The position numbers and the translations under genes were made by a program. From positions 33,604,001 to 33,668,000 of the forward strand of contig JBHGNT010000001.1 of NCBI GenBank assembly GCA_043228905.1: DNA of 64,000 bases. The letters run 5' to 3'. The DNA comes from Azolla caroliniana (taxonomy: Eukaryota > Plantae > Polypodiophyta). The notes below the pieces were generated by a model. It had not been told where the DNA came from and did not search any database. It was given only the letters and a program-made list of their open reading frames with translations. Below, in pieces: positions 39,170 to 50,172 of this stretch; position 1 is the first letter of the stretch; every line of letters starts with the position of its first letter.

Positions 39170-41500
39170 CAGACATGAGTATGTATGTATGTAATGTATG
39201 TAATGTATGTATGTGTTCTATTCTACCCCAATCCTTCTCCCATCTTCTTCATTCGTTCCCGGGATTCCCCGAAAACCAATGGCCTATCAATCGGAACATT
39301 GTGTGGGTGGGCCCTGTATCCGACGGTTCCGGTCACCACTCTTCCGTGAATGAGCTACAACTCGGGACAAACCCGCCCTTAAGCCCTTTTTGTTCTCGCA
39401 CCCCCCCCCCCACGCACACACACACACACACATATAGCCTTGAGAGCTACTCGTAAAGCCCCAGCTTTTAATGGATCTTTAAGGGTAGCATACATGGGAA
39501 GCCGATTATCTAAGACTTTTGAGATGAAAGGATTCCAGACTTGTGGCACTCTTGGAGCTAGAGTAAGTCTACTTCATCTGTAAGAGAGAGGACCCGGGAC
39601 TACCTACCTACCCCCTTGCTTCTCAGAGGCATCTTCGAGCCATTGGAAAGAATAAGTTTGTGAGGTAAACCTCTCATATTTCAAAATCCACTCTATGGCT
39701 GATTTCTAAGGTATAATGTGAGGATATCTTCTATGGTGTCTTGTATTCATCTCTTGCTCTTTGCTTGAGGTGGTTGGTGTGGTTAAGCATCCTCAAATCC
39801 ATTCTTTTTGTCAATCTTCTTAGTGGATTGTTCATCACTAGTATGTGATAATTAATTGAGTTGTGAATGTCCAAGTTGTGCGAACTTGATCACCATGTCA
39901 CTTTCACATTGCCTCGTGGGAATCAATCCCTCCTTTTCCACCAAAATAGTTTCCTTGGGTCCACTTTGTTTATGTCACGGGGGTCAACAAATCTCACCAC
40001 ATATGGCTTACGTAAAACCTTTTTCCAAACAATCAAGAATCTTGCTACTTCATGTAGTGAGGGAAATATTTTTCAATGGGCCCTTTATTAAGAAAGTTGA
40101 CATGCATCAACATACATCTTCTATGCATTGTTATGATGAGTATTGCAAGTGTACGTGTTTTACGGTTAAATATAACCAAACGATAGTCCAAAAGCATGCA
40201 AAGAAAACCCTGACAGGGACACAAAGTCCCCATGACCTTTTAAGCTAAAGAGGCATGTGATATCACCACATGGAATCCATAATCTAAATTTGTAATGGTA
40301 GTCATCTCATCCCTCATTTTCAAGCAACCTATTTTTGACTATGTTTATGTACCTCTCCATGTGGGGAGAAGGATACTTTCAAAATGTAGATATTTCCTTG
40401 GCATCAAATAAAATAATCGTGGTGTTTGCGAAAAGATATATAATCATTGTTCACTAGAAAATTTCCCTTCACTCACGGTTTTGTCAAACAAATGTATGTG
40501 CAACCTCCTAACCCAATTCTCTTCTCCCACACGGCTCCATTAAATTGTTTCTTTAAATATTGTTTCTATTGCTTGCCATTTACGAGTGAATACATTCATT
40601 CTCTGATTTGAATTGTTAATGCGCCTTTCTAACCATCTATTTTCCATCTCTCCCTTTATTGTGTTTCTTACACAAATACAAGTTACTAGTACGTCCACAT
40701 ATTCTATCATTGTTTTGAAGAGCTCAAACGTATTCTAATAATTTGTTGTCTTCCCCTTAATAGAACAAGTAGGATAACTTACTAATGGCATGATGTTATG
40801 CAACTTGGGATCAATGTGATAAATTGAATAAATGGTACATAAGAGCTTTAATCTTCTATAAATAATAATGTATGAATGATATTGTGATCGAAGAGGCACT
40901 TGGATGCATGTCATGTACATACGGTGGACTATGGTAAGAGAGTCTATGGGACGCTAGCATAATGATCCAAAGTGTGTGATTAGTTTTGTTATGAGTCAAA
41001 GCATTCTAACTCTGTTTTTTAAGTTTATTGGGGATGGGGTGAGATCCACAAAAGAGGGAGTGAATCATACCATGTCCCTTATTAAACGTAATTATGCCAC
41101 TTTATCATATATATTATCACTCGTGCCCCATCCCCCAATGACTTAACAACGTGGACAATAACATGCTTTGACTTGTACAAATTGAGAAAGCAAAAGTAAC
41201 TTTGTATGCTTGGTGGATCGTTGCAACGTCGAGAGTTTAGGGTGGAAAAGTTGCACGGAGCCACAAATATTTTTTGTTAATGTCACATGTCACTCCCTTT
41301 CTACTCATCAAATCTCACTTCTACCAAAAAGTAGCATGTACTATATCACGCATCTGAGTGCCTCCTTTGATTAGAACGTCATCCACACATTCATGTTTAT
41401 CGAAGTTTAAAGAACTTAGGTTGAATAATGATATGACTAAATTAGTATTTGGTATGCAAATTAGTCAACCCTCCATGTATAAACACATTACTTTGATGGG

Positions 41501-41542
<42 letters not shown>

Positions 41543-42781
41543 TGTTGTAAACAATCTATTTCCAATTTATATTGCTCAAATATCAAGGCATGCATGCATT
41601 ATACAAGGCATGTGATAGTATCTTGAGTCCATGCAAATAGAGCTCAAATCAATGTAAAGTTGGTCCAAAGTAAAGGATAATGTGAACCCCTTTGACTTAC
41701 ATAGTTATTACATCCTATATTCAAACATGGAAAAATACCTATATCTTGTTAGTGTATATTTTTAAAATTATGAAAATACCTCGATATTGTTTTGAACATT
41801 TTGTTTTTTCTATTAGGAGATTCTCAAACTTCCCATTTTCCTGCTCATATGATTTGGGACAATCATTTTGTTACATAAGAGTGCAATCTTCACCTATAAA
41901 TCATTATGTCTATTGAGGTAGATAGTACACACAATAGATGTATCTTTTGGTTGAGGGACACCCTTGATCACAACTCTATGTTAATCGTAAACATCAAGTG
42001 AGTTAGAAAGAGCTTTTGGATAACAATTACAAGCTTGGACATAGGTATTTGCCGGTTCTCCTTTGTAAACCTTCGAATAATGATGTTCTTGGATAGTTAT
42101 TCTCGTTCCTTCAATTGAGGAAGAGATGGTAGATAATTGTTTCAATTAATCAAAAAACAATGCAATAACCATTGGTGTCAATAGTGCTTGCTTAATTACT
42201 CTCAAGGAGTGCCCATTGCTTGTTTGATATCGACCATTGTGATGGATAACAAAATGAATGGCTGAAATTTGCACACAAAGAGTTATTCACGTGACAATGA
42301 AAATCTCCCCATCGAGTGAATTGAGGTACAAACACCTATACTCTAGTGGATTGTGCACGCCTTACAATATGGTTTGGAAACAAAAATAATCAAAGTGAAT
42401 TTGTTTTTTTTATGTTGAGTTACTCAAGGTGAACATTATACAAAACGTACTTGAGTGATTTTTTTGTTTGTCATGGAATTGCTATTCTTGTTATTAATGG
42501 CGAATATGTGCTTAGTTCAAATGTTTCCTTCATATTCCTATCTTGACGAAAAGCCAAAGTTTGTGACTTCCTATACATGCATTCATACTTACTATTTCAC
42601 CTATCCACCTAGTGAGACTCTAATTTGACGCTTTTAAACCAATTGGTAAGTCACGTGCCTATTTACCCTACCATGAGGAATGTTAACCGCTAAATCCTAC
42701 ATATCCCTCTCCATATATGGAATTAGAACTACTTTACTCCTATTATTCTTCAATCTTGAGGCTACCACCAAAAAGATCCCA

Positions 42782-43057
42782 ACCAAACCGCGCAGCCAAC
42801 AATGTTAATGCAAGAGATATGGAGTGAAGTTGTAGCCACTCTAAAAAGCCAATACGATGGCCTCAAGGGCGACTCCGATGGAGTTGAAAGACAACGACTA
42901 GCCTTCATCCAGCAATGGTCGACCACCCCCTTTATTGAGTCGGTGGGCATCCACATAAGGTGGACCTATCGCGTCCCTCCAAGGATTTGTATATATTAAT
43001 CTCATATGTAAAATTCTATAACTAATGAAAGGAGTTTTTTTGGGGAAAAAAAAAAGA
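42782..43057 (+). mobile_element. Short 3' fragment of an L1-type LINE
   Basis: EIWSEVVATLKSQYD...RQRLAFIQQW...IRWTY resembles the C-termini of families A and B; A-rich tail; 12-bp TSD AAAAAGATCCCA at 42770-42781 and 43058-43069. Confidence 0.8.
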
Positions 43058-46000
43058 AAAAAGATCCCACGTTTCAATAAAGTAAGTAATGTTATCACAC
43101 TTAACAAGCAAAAACATGATGTGATCATCCAATAATGCTTGCGCAATGCAAGTATTTCCCAATTTTAGTGAACACAACAATGAACTCTCTTGTTCATTAT
43201 ATGGATTCTAGGAGCTCTCTCACCGTAGAAAAATAAGATACCTTCGTATGTATCACTAATTTCCATTTCTAGTGTTAACTTTTCCTTATCCTTACATGGG
43301 CGCCTAATTTTGGCAAAACATCTTTGCACTCACCGCTGCTTGTTTGTTGTCACTTATGCATTATAGTTCATCTTCTTCCCTCCATCACCTTTAGAGGTTT
43401 TTAAACCATTGACCCCATGACCTTTACTCCTCCATGAACTCTTTATCATCGTTTTATTTTTCTTGGCCCGTTTTGGTTTTGGCATGCCATTTCTCCATAA
43501 GAAAGAACAACCACAACCACTTACCAAATACATTTACATGCATAGTTTGTTTAGATCATCTCCCACTCAATCCCAATGTAGCTCTCTATAATAATATAAA
43601 AACCAAGCACATATTCTGACATATATTGCCAAACCTAAGTTATATAAAACAACATATGATGTACAAGGATCAATATGTGGTCCATAATATCATTTAGTTA
43701 TGAGTCATGACATCGATGAAAGAGTTGAAACATTTAAGACAAATGCTTCTAAAATTCAAGATGGTCAAAGGTTTTGATTTTAAGGATAACAAGGTTTGTC
43801 ATATATACGAAAGAGCTAAGAAAAATGTCAATTTGCAATGTTTCTAGACTTGAAATGCCTTCGAAGGGCCAAGGACAAAATGTGACAAAATTCAAGACGA
43901 CAAAAAAAGGTATAAGATGACTAAAAACGTGGACGCTTATCATTAAGAATGTGTGTTGTTTTCATGCAAGTTTGAATATTATAACTCTTCATTGGTGTTA
44001 ATAACACCCGCATAAAACGTCTGGATGAAAGACTTTTCAGAAAACTTTCTCTCCTTCAATAGCGTAACAAATTCAATCATTCCCAAGAATATGTTCAATC
44101 TATATACAATATTGTGCTCTAACTTTATAAATAGAATTTCTCTCGAATTTCTGAGTCACGTAAAATAAATCCAACATAAAAAATTCAATGAATTATGTAA
44201 CATCATCGTGTTACTTGACATTTGCTTATTGGTAGTGGTAAAATAAAAGCTTCTAATTTATTTCCTAATTGTTGTCTTCCGATCACATGAATACTTAAAA
44301 GTGCATGTAAATCACATTATCAACTTTTTGTTTACTTTTAAACAACTTGTTGTAATTTAAATAATTAGGCATCAACTTATTGGATCCTTTTAGAAATGAT
44401 CACCTTATTGTTTGGCAATATTCTCAACTTCGTAATATACCCATGTTGCATTTGACCATTGACGAAAGTAAGTTATCTTAACCTAAAATCTCGTTGTTAC
44501 TACAACAATTTCAAGTGCGCGCCAATGTTGACTTTTACCTTAAAAGTAAAATAAATATGAAACTAATCTAGCATTCACCTTGAAAACCTACTAGTTGTAA
44601 GCACGAGCTTTGTTTTTCTCTTAAAAATAGTAACATATATATGAGCATGAAACAATTGTGTTTTTCTCCTAAAAATAGAGAACCTATGTGTGTGGCATAA
44701 TTTGAGTTTATTTCCATATTATGCAACAATATTTGGGATCTAGGTTATGTATACAAAGATGCGTTTGACACACACACACACACAATCTCTCTCTACCTGA
44801 TTGCCAAATACATGTTGCTAGACAAAACCAACTAACCATGAACCATTTTTCAAATTCTTAAGCATTGACATTTCCATTGTCATGATGTGTACTTTTCATG
44901 AGTGTGGGGACATCAAGGGCTGATTGAGAGATAGAGGTAGCTTCATTACTTGAGCAATTTCATTAAGAACTTGAACTTGCGTGTTATAGAAATAATTCCT
45001 TTACCCTAAACTATTAAATAAATAAAATTTACTACTTATGGACCAAAAGTGAAAACATTTTAATGTTTTCACTTTTGTTTAAACCATTAAACTTTTTCTC
45101 TTTTTTTTCCAAAAAAAAACCATAAAACTTTTATGCAGTGATTCTCGATGTTCAAGAATCATGCTAATGAGCATTGCATTTGAGAGTGCACATTGTGATT
45201 GTGAGATAAATGTGTTTAGGGATTGGATTGGATTAACGTGTTGAAGGTTGTGAATGTGGTCAAAGGTGGAGCAATGTATCAATTTGTAATACGTAGACTT
45301 ATAAATGTAGCAACACATAGCTAAACTAAGTGGAAATGGATGATATTGAACTTACTTGCATATGCATTAAGTGCCTCCAACACAAATCAAGCAAGTTTGA
45401 CTTTCATGGCAAAGCCTATATTGATACATAGGGGAGACAACATGAATGTTCGCCAATGGCAAACATGCACATATATCAAGTGATATATAATCGCAAGCAG
45501 TCACATATAAAGATTCAAAAACATATATAACATTCTAAAGGATATAATAGGTTTACATTCTAAGGTGACAATGTTTGATCAAAAGGTTGTCAAGTTTGAG
45601 TCTCGTTTTTTTCACTCCATAATGGCAATGAGTTTTAAAGTTTCAAATGTTGGTTGATAGTTTTAGACACCAAAAGAGGCGTCATGAATTCAATTTCATC
45701 TATTCTTTAATTTGTTGGGCTATGTTTCAGTTTGTGTAGATACATCTATCATTATGGGGGCATATAGCCGCATGTGGTAAGGCCAAATGCAAATAACGGA
45801 CATGATACCTTGCTAGTCTACAAATCCCTAATTCCCCTTGTGACAACCTCCCAGAAGTTTCCAATATAAGTAAAATACCACAACAATATGATGTTTCAGC
45901 CTTAGATCGAGCATGAAAAAAACAAAAGGCATCATCAAGTCATGCCACAATCCCCCAAACCTTTAAGATACTGAAAGACCGTGTCAAAAAATTGCAGAGA

Positions 46001-46101
46001 AGGCAAAGCTCAACCTACCCAAGACCAAAACACTCTCCTTGTAGAAGCGCATGTTGTGTATATATATACATTTCCAGATAGTCCTAGTCACCAAGAAAAC
46101 C

Positions 46102-46132
<31 letters not shown>

Positions 46133-46149
46133 ATTGGGATGGTCCCCAT

Positions 46150-46250
46150 CTCATTGACCACAATCGATCTCCTCTTGACCATAAAATCTCTCTCTCTCTC
46201 TCTCTCTTAGTCACACATTGACCACAATCGGTGTCTTGTTGACCACAAAA

Positions 46251-46283
<33 letters not shown>

Positions 46284-46550
46284 TGACCACAATTTGTCTA
46301 CTCTTGACCACATTTTGTTTAGTACTATTTTTATTTTACTTTACTTTATTTATTATTATTTTCAGTTTTGCCGATTGGATAAAAACCCCATTTTGTTGTA
46401 CACCAATTGTCTCATGGGCCAAATTTGGCCTTAGAAGACGTTAGTGTATCTTTCTTTCTTTCTTTTTCATTGACCACAATTGGTCACCTCTTGACTATAA
46501 AATCTGTCTCTCTCATTGACCCGAGTCAGTCTCGTCTTGACCATAAAATC
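46150..46550. repeat. Imperfect repeat array (cattgaccacaat...cttgaccataaaat + CT tract) carrying nine TTGACY motifs
   Basis: TTGAC(C/T) at 46154, 46175, 46218, 46239, 46304, 46470, 46491, 46516, 46537. Confidence 0.8.
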
Positions 46551-46919
46551 ACTCATTCTCATTCACTTTGTGAAGTACTAGTGAAGGCTGTGAATTTGTG
46601 TGTGTGTGTGTGTGCATGGTAGCCATGTCAGCTGGCAAGCCATGGCCGGTATGACCACAAGCAGGCGATAAAAATCGATCTGCAGTAGAAGAAGGCAACG
46701 AATGGAAATAGAAAGAAAGTAAAAAAGAAAGAAAGAAGAAGAAGAAGAAGAAGACACGAAGCAGTCATATGACTCTGTTCGATTCTTTTTTAAGTTTCGT
46801 AAAGAAAAAAAAAGAGCAGCAGCAGCAGTGGTAGTAGTAGTGGTAGAAGAAGAAGAAGAAGAAGAGGAGGAAGAAAATGCAGATTAGACGAATCAGACGG
46901 GAATGGGTTTTTTTAATAT

Positions 46920-47040
46920 CATAAACCTTAAACCCTAAACAGGAAGAAAAAGGCAGATTAGACGAATCAGACCGGAAGTGGTACATCATAAACCCTAAAC
47001 CCTAACCATTGTGGTTACATAATAAACCCTAAACCTTAAA
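46920..47040 (+). promoter_or_regulatory. Telo-box (AAACCCTA) cluster just upstream of the PEBP gene
   Basis: aaaccctaaac at ~46930; aaaccctaaaccctaa at 46990-47005; aaaccctaaa at ~47024. Confidence 0.6.
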
Positions 47041-47046
47041 CATTCT

Positions 47047-47533
47047 ATGAATATTCAGGCCTTCTTGAAAGTTCAAAAGAAGGGTTTTCTTATTACAGGA
47101 GGAGTAAATAAGAGGGAGTATATTAGGAGTCTGAAGAGTGGGTGTGGTCCCGGTCTTGTCCGGATGGCGACGGCAGGGTCTGGAGTGGCAGCAATGAGGG
47201 AGCAGATGTTGGCAGGGAAGGTAATCCCGGATGTGGTAGGATCCATGTCTCCTGACATGCTCGACATGAGGGTCAAATACAAAGAGATGGAGGTGGCGAA
47301 TGGTCTGGCGGTCCGGAGGGCACAAGCACGGATGAGGCCGCATGTGGAGCTCCATGGACCCTCTGCTGGGACTGATTTGGACCGATATGCCCTTATCATG
47401 GTCGACCCTGATGCCCCCTCCCCTTCCTCTCGCCCCTCGTTCCGTGGCTGCTTCCTCCACTGGCTCATCATCGATATCCCGGGGAGCATCCCTCCCTCCC
47501 AAGGTTACTCTCTCTTGCATACACACACACACA

Positions 47534-47574
<41 letters not shown>

Positions 47575-48555
47575 AATGGGTAAATACCCCATTTTTTTGT
47601 TGTAAACCAATTGTCTCATGGGTCAATTTTGGCTCTCTCGATGAATGGGTAAATACCCCATTTTTTTGTTGTAAACCAATTGTCACATGGGTCAATTTTG
47701 GCCTTAGAAGACGTTAATATATCTTTCTCTCTCTCTCTCTCTCCTTCTTGTCCCTAATTTCTTCTTTTCCTGTTTCTCTTACTGCTATGGTGAAGAGAGG
47801 TATTTCTTTTAATTATTTGGTAGCATAAGCTATGTATGGTTAGCACTAAAACTGAAAGTTCCAATAACATGGTAGTCATTGTCTCATTTTTTTCTTTTCT
47901 TTTTTGCGAGCTAATGATTCAGCTTGTTCTTTTTGGGCTCATTACTCACAGCGTTCTGTAAAGAACCTTGGCAACTTGTTTCTTTTCCCCTGTTTTTCTT
48001 TAATTTCAGTTGGCTTTTATCCTGACGCTTCCTTAATTTAGCTATATTTTGGTTTTTGCCTTTGACCCCTCAGGGAATGAATAGTTTCTTTTGTGCTCTT
48101 TTTACTTCTTGTCTGCTCCTTACTTAATATGGATTTTTATCAGAGATTTGGCAAGCTGGACGTGAAGTTGTGGCGTACATGGGACCTTCTCCCCCTGAAG
48201 GCCAGCATAGATATGTGTTTCTCCTCTTCAAGCATCAGGTTTTGTTTTTTGCTGCTAATGATATCTTCATTTTCGTGTTTAGAAGTGGATTGATTTGATT
48301 TTTACTCTTTTTTAACAATTAGAATGGGCAGAAGATATATTTGTATTCTATCTTTAGAACTGAATTGATATGGTTCTTCCTTTCCATAACTAGGGGAGTC
48401 CGCCATTCCAAGTCCATGGTGCTAGTAGTGACAATAGGAAGAATTTTCATGTGGAGAATTTCGCAAGATCTAATCACCTTGGAGATGCCGTTGGTGGTTG
48501 CTATTATACAGCATCGCCTCATGATGAACTTCAATACTCTGGTCAACAAGTTTAG
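47047..48555 (+). CDS. Divergent PEBP-family (FT/TFL1/MFT-like) protein; start at 47047 or 47163
   Basis: Exons 47047/47163..47503, 48144..48238, 48394..48555. Motifs: KVIPDVV, EVANG, YALIMVDPDAPSPS, HWLIIDIPG, GREVVAYMGPSPPEGQHRYVFLLFKHQ, RKNF..ENFA...LGDAVGGCYY. Confidence 0.9.
47564..47701. repeat. ~69-bp tandem duplication in PEBP intron 1
   Basis: ctctctcgatgaatgggtaaatacccc...catgggtcaattttgg twice; a related copy lies at ~46378-46455. Confidence 0.9.
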
Positions 48556-48758
48556 ATTATGATTAACATATCTTTAGTAGAGACAACTATTTACTGTCAT
48601 TGTTCTTAGTGATACACTCTCGAAGAGGTATTAAAGGATAAGAACTTCATGTTTATAGGAGAGTATCTTTTGAATATGTATAAATTTGCACGGGGGTGTC
48701 ATTGTACATATTGAGTAGTTTTGTTACTCCCAACCAAGAAGGTTTGTGTAAATATTTA

Positions 48759-48945
48759 ACTGTAAATAAACATGTTGACATCATATGTGGATTATCTTAA
48801 GGAATGAATCATATTGCTCTTTATATTGTACAGAAGTGGTTCCTTACATAAAACTGTAAATAAAACATGTTGACAACAAATATAGATTATCATAAGGAAT
48901 GCATCCTATTGCTCTTTATATTGTACAGAAGTGGATTCGTACATC
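48759..48945. repeat. ~94-bp imperfect tandem duplication downstream of PEBP
   Basis: aactgtaaataaacatgttgaca...tattgctctttatattgtacagaagtgg twice. Confidence 0.85.
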
Positions 48946-50172
48946 GAGATATAAGCTCTTCAATAATTTTAAAGTGAATTTCTTTCTAGGATGAGCTTTA
49001 TGTTGTGCAATATTGTGAATACTTGAATATGAACCCTAACCACTTGAAATGTTTGAAGGTTCTTTTACTTAACACACAAAGTGGAGTTACTGCAGAAATG
49101 TTTATAACGTAGAAATATTTATGCTGCCCAGACCATTGCCTACCTATGCGAACATGTGTTGGGTGCTCATGAGCCTGAATTGTGTTAGATATATTTTTGG
49201 GATTTTTTCTATTGGACCCTAAACCCACTTCTATTCATTGCTTTAGTAAATACTGAACATTTGTCATGCTATTGTTTTTGGACAACACATTATACTTGTG
49301 ATGTATGGGAATGGTCAATGGATTGTATTTGCGCCCAAGTGTGAAATCTTTTGGTTGTTTTTTGCTTTGAAGTTTGAATCTCCATCTCGATGAAGGTGTT
49401 TCATTGTGGGCAATTTCAATAAACGAAATGCATTATAAAAAACATTAATTCCATTTGAATTGCTTTTTGAAGTAGGCCTACCATTCTTGCCTTAATGTGC
49501 TCTAGTTTGGAGTGCAAAAAAAGTGTTAAAAAAAGTACATACTCAACTACCATTAGCATGCAGTGCACTGACTCCTTTTTAACGTAGTAGTCTCTTTGTC
49601 GTCTAGAGCTTTTTAGTGCCTGGATCATAAATTTCTTATTGAAGAGTTGGAAAACATTTTAGAGGGCGGGAATATGGGAATGTGCACCAATCCAAATGGA
49701 ATTCTAGAGATAGGCATATTGGACTGTGGGATAAGGGGCTATGCTTCTGAGGGTAATATAATCGATAAATGATGGATCTTTTGCTTGGGTGTGAGATGCA
49801 GTCATTGCCATACCACCACTATGCGAATATCTATGTGAGAGCTTCATCCAATAGGGGGTAGTATGTGAACTGGTCTTTTAAGCAAAACATTCAGTCCCAT
49901 AGAATATACTAGAGAGAGGCAAATTGGAGTGTGGGGTCAGGATACTCTGGACACATTTTATTGTCACTTTACCACAAAAAAACCCCATATATTTACTTTA
50001 TGAGTTTGGTGGCAAATTAGGTATAATTCTCCTTTTGATGAAAGGTATAATGTGCAAGTTAAAGCCAAATGCCATCTTGTTTGTTTGACATAAACCAAAA
50101 GTATTGATGATACATGAGTAATATCTAATGCAACAGGTTGATACTTCATGTCAATCAAAATATATGTTATTA

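Noticed and set aside
39450-42650. Coding-like intergenic DNA, possibly a decayed DNA transposon or LTR
   Set aside because: No recognisable motif, termini or TSD found.
46130-46550. CRISPR-like repeat-spacer array
   Set aside because: Eukaryotic context, degenerate repeats, microsatellite 'spacers', no cas genes.
46920-47040. Telomere or interstitial telomeric array
   Set aside because: Only a few scattered AAACCCT units next to a gene start; these are telo-boxes.
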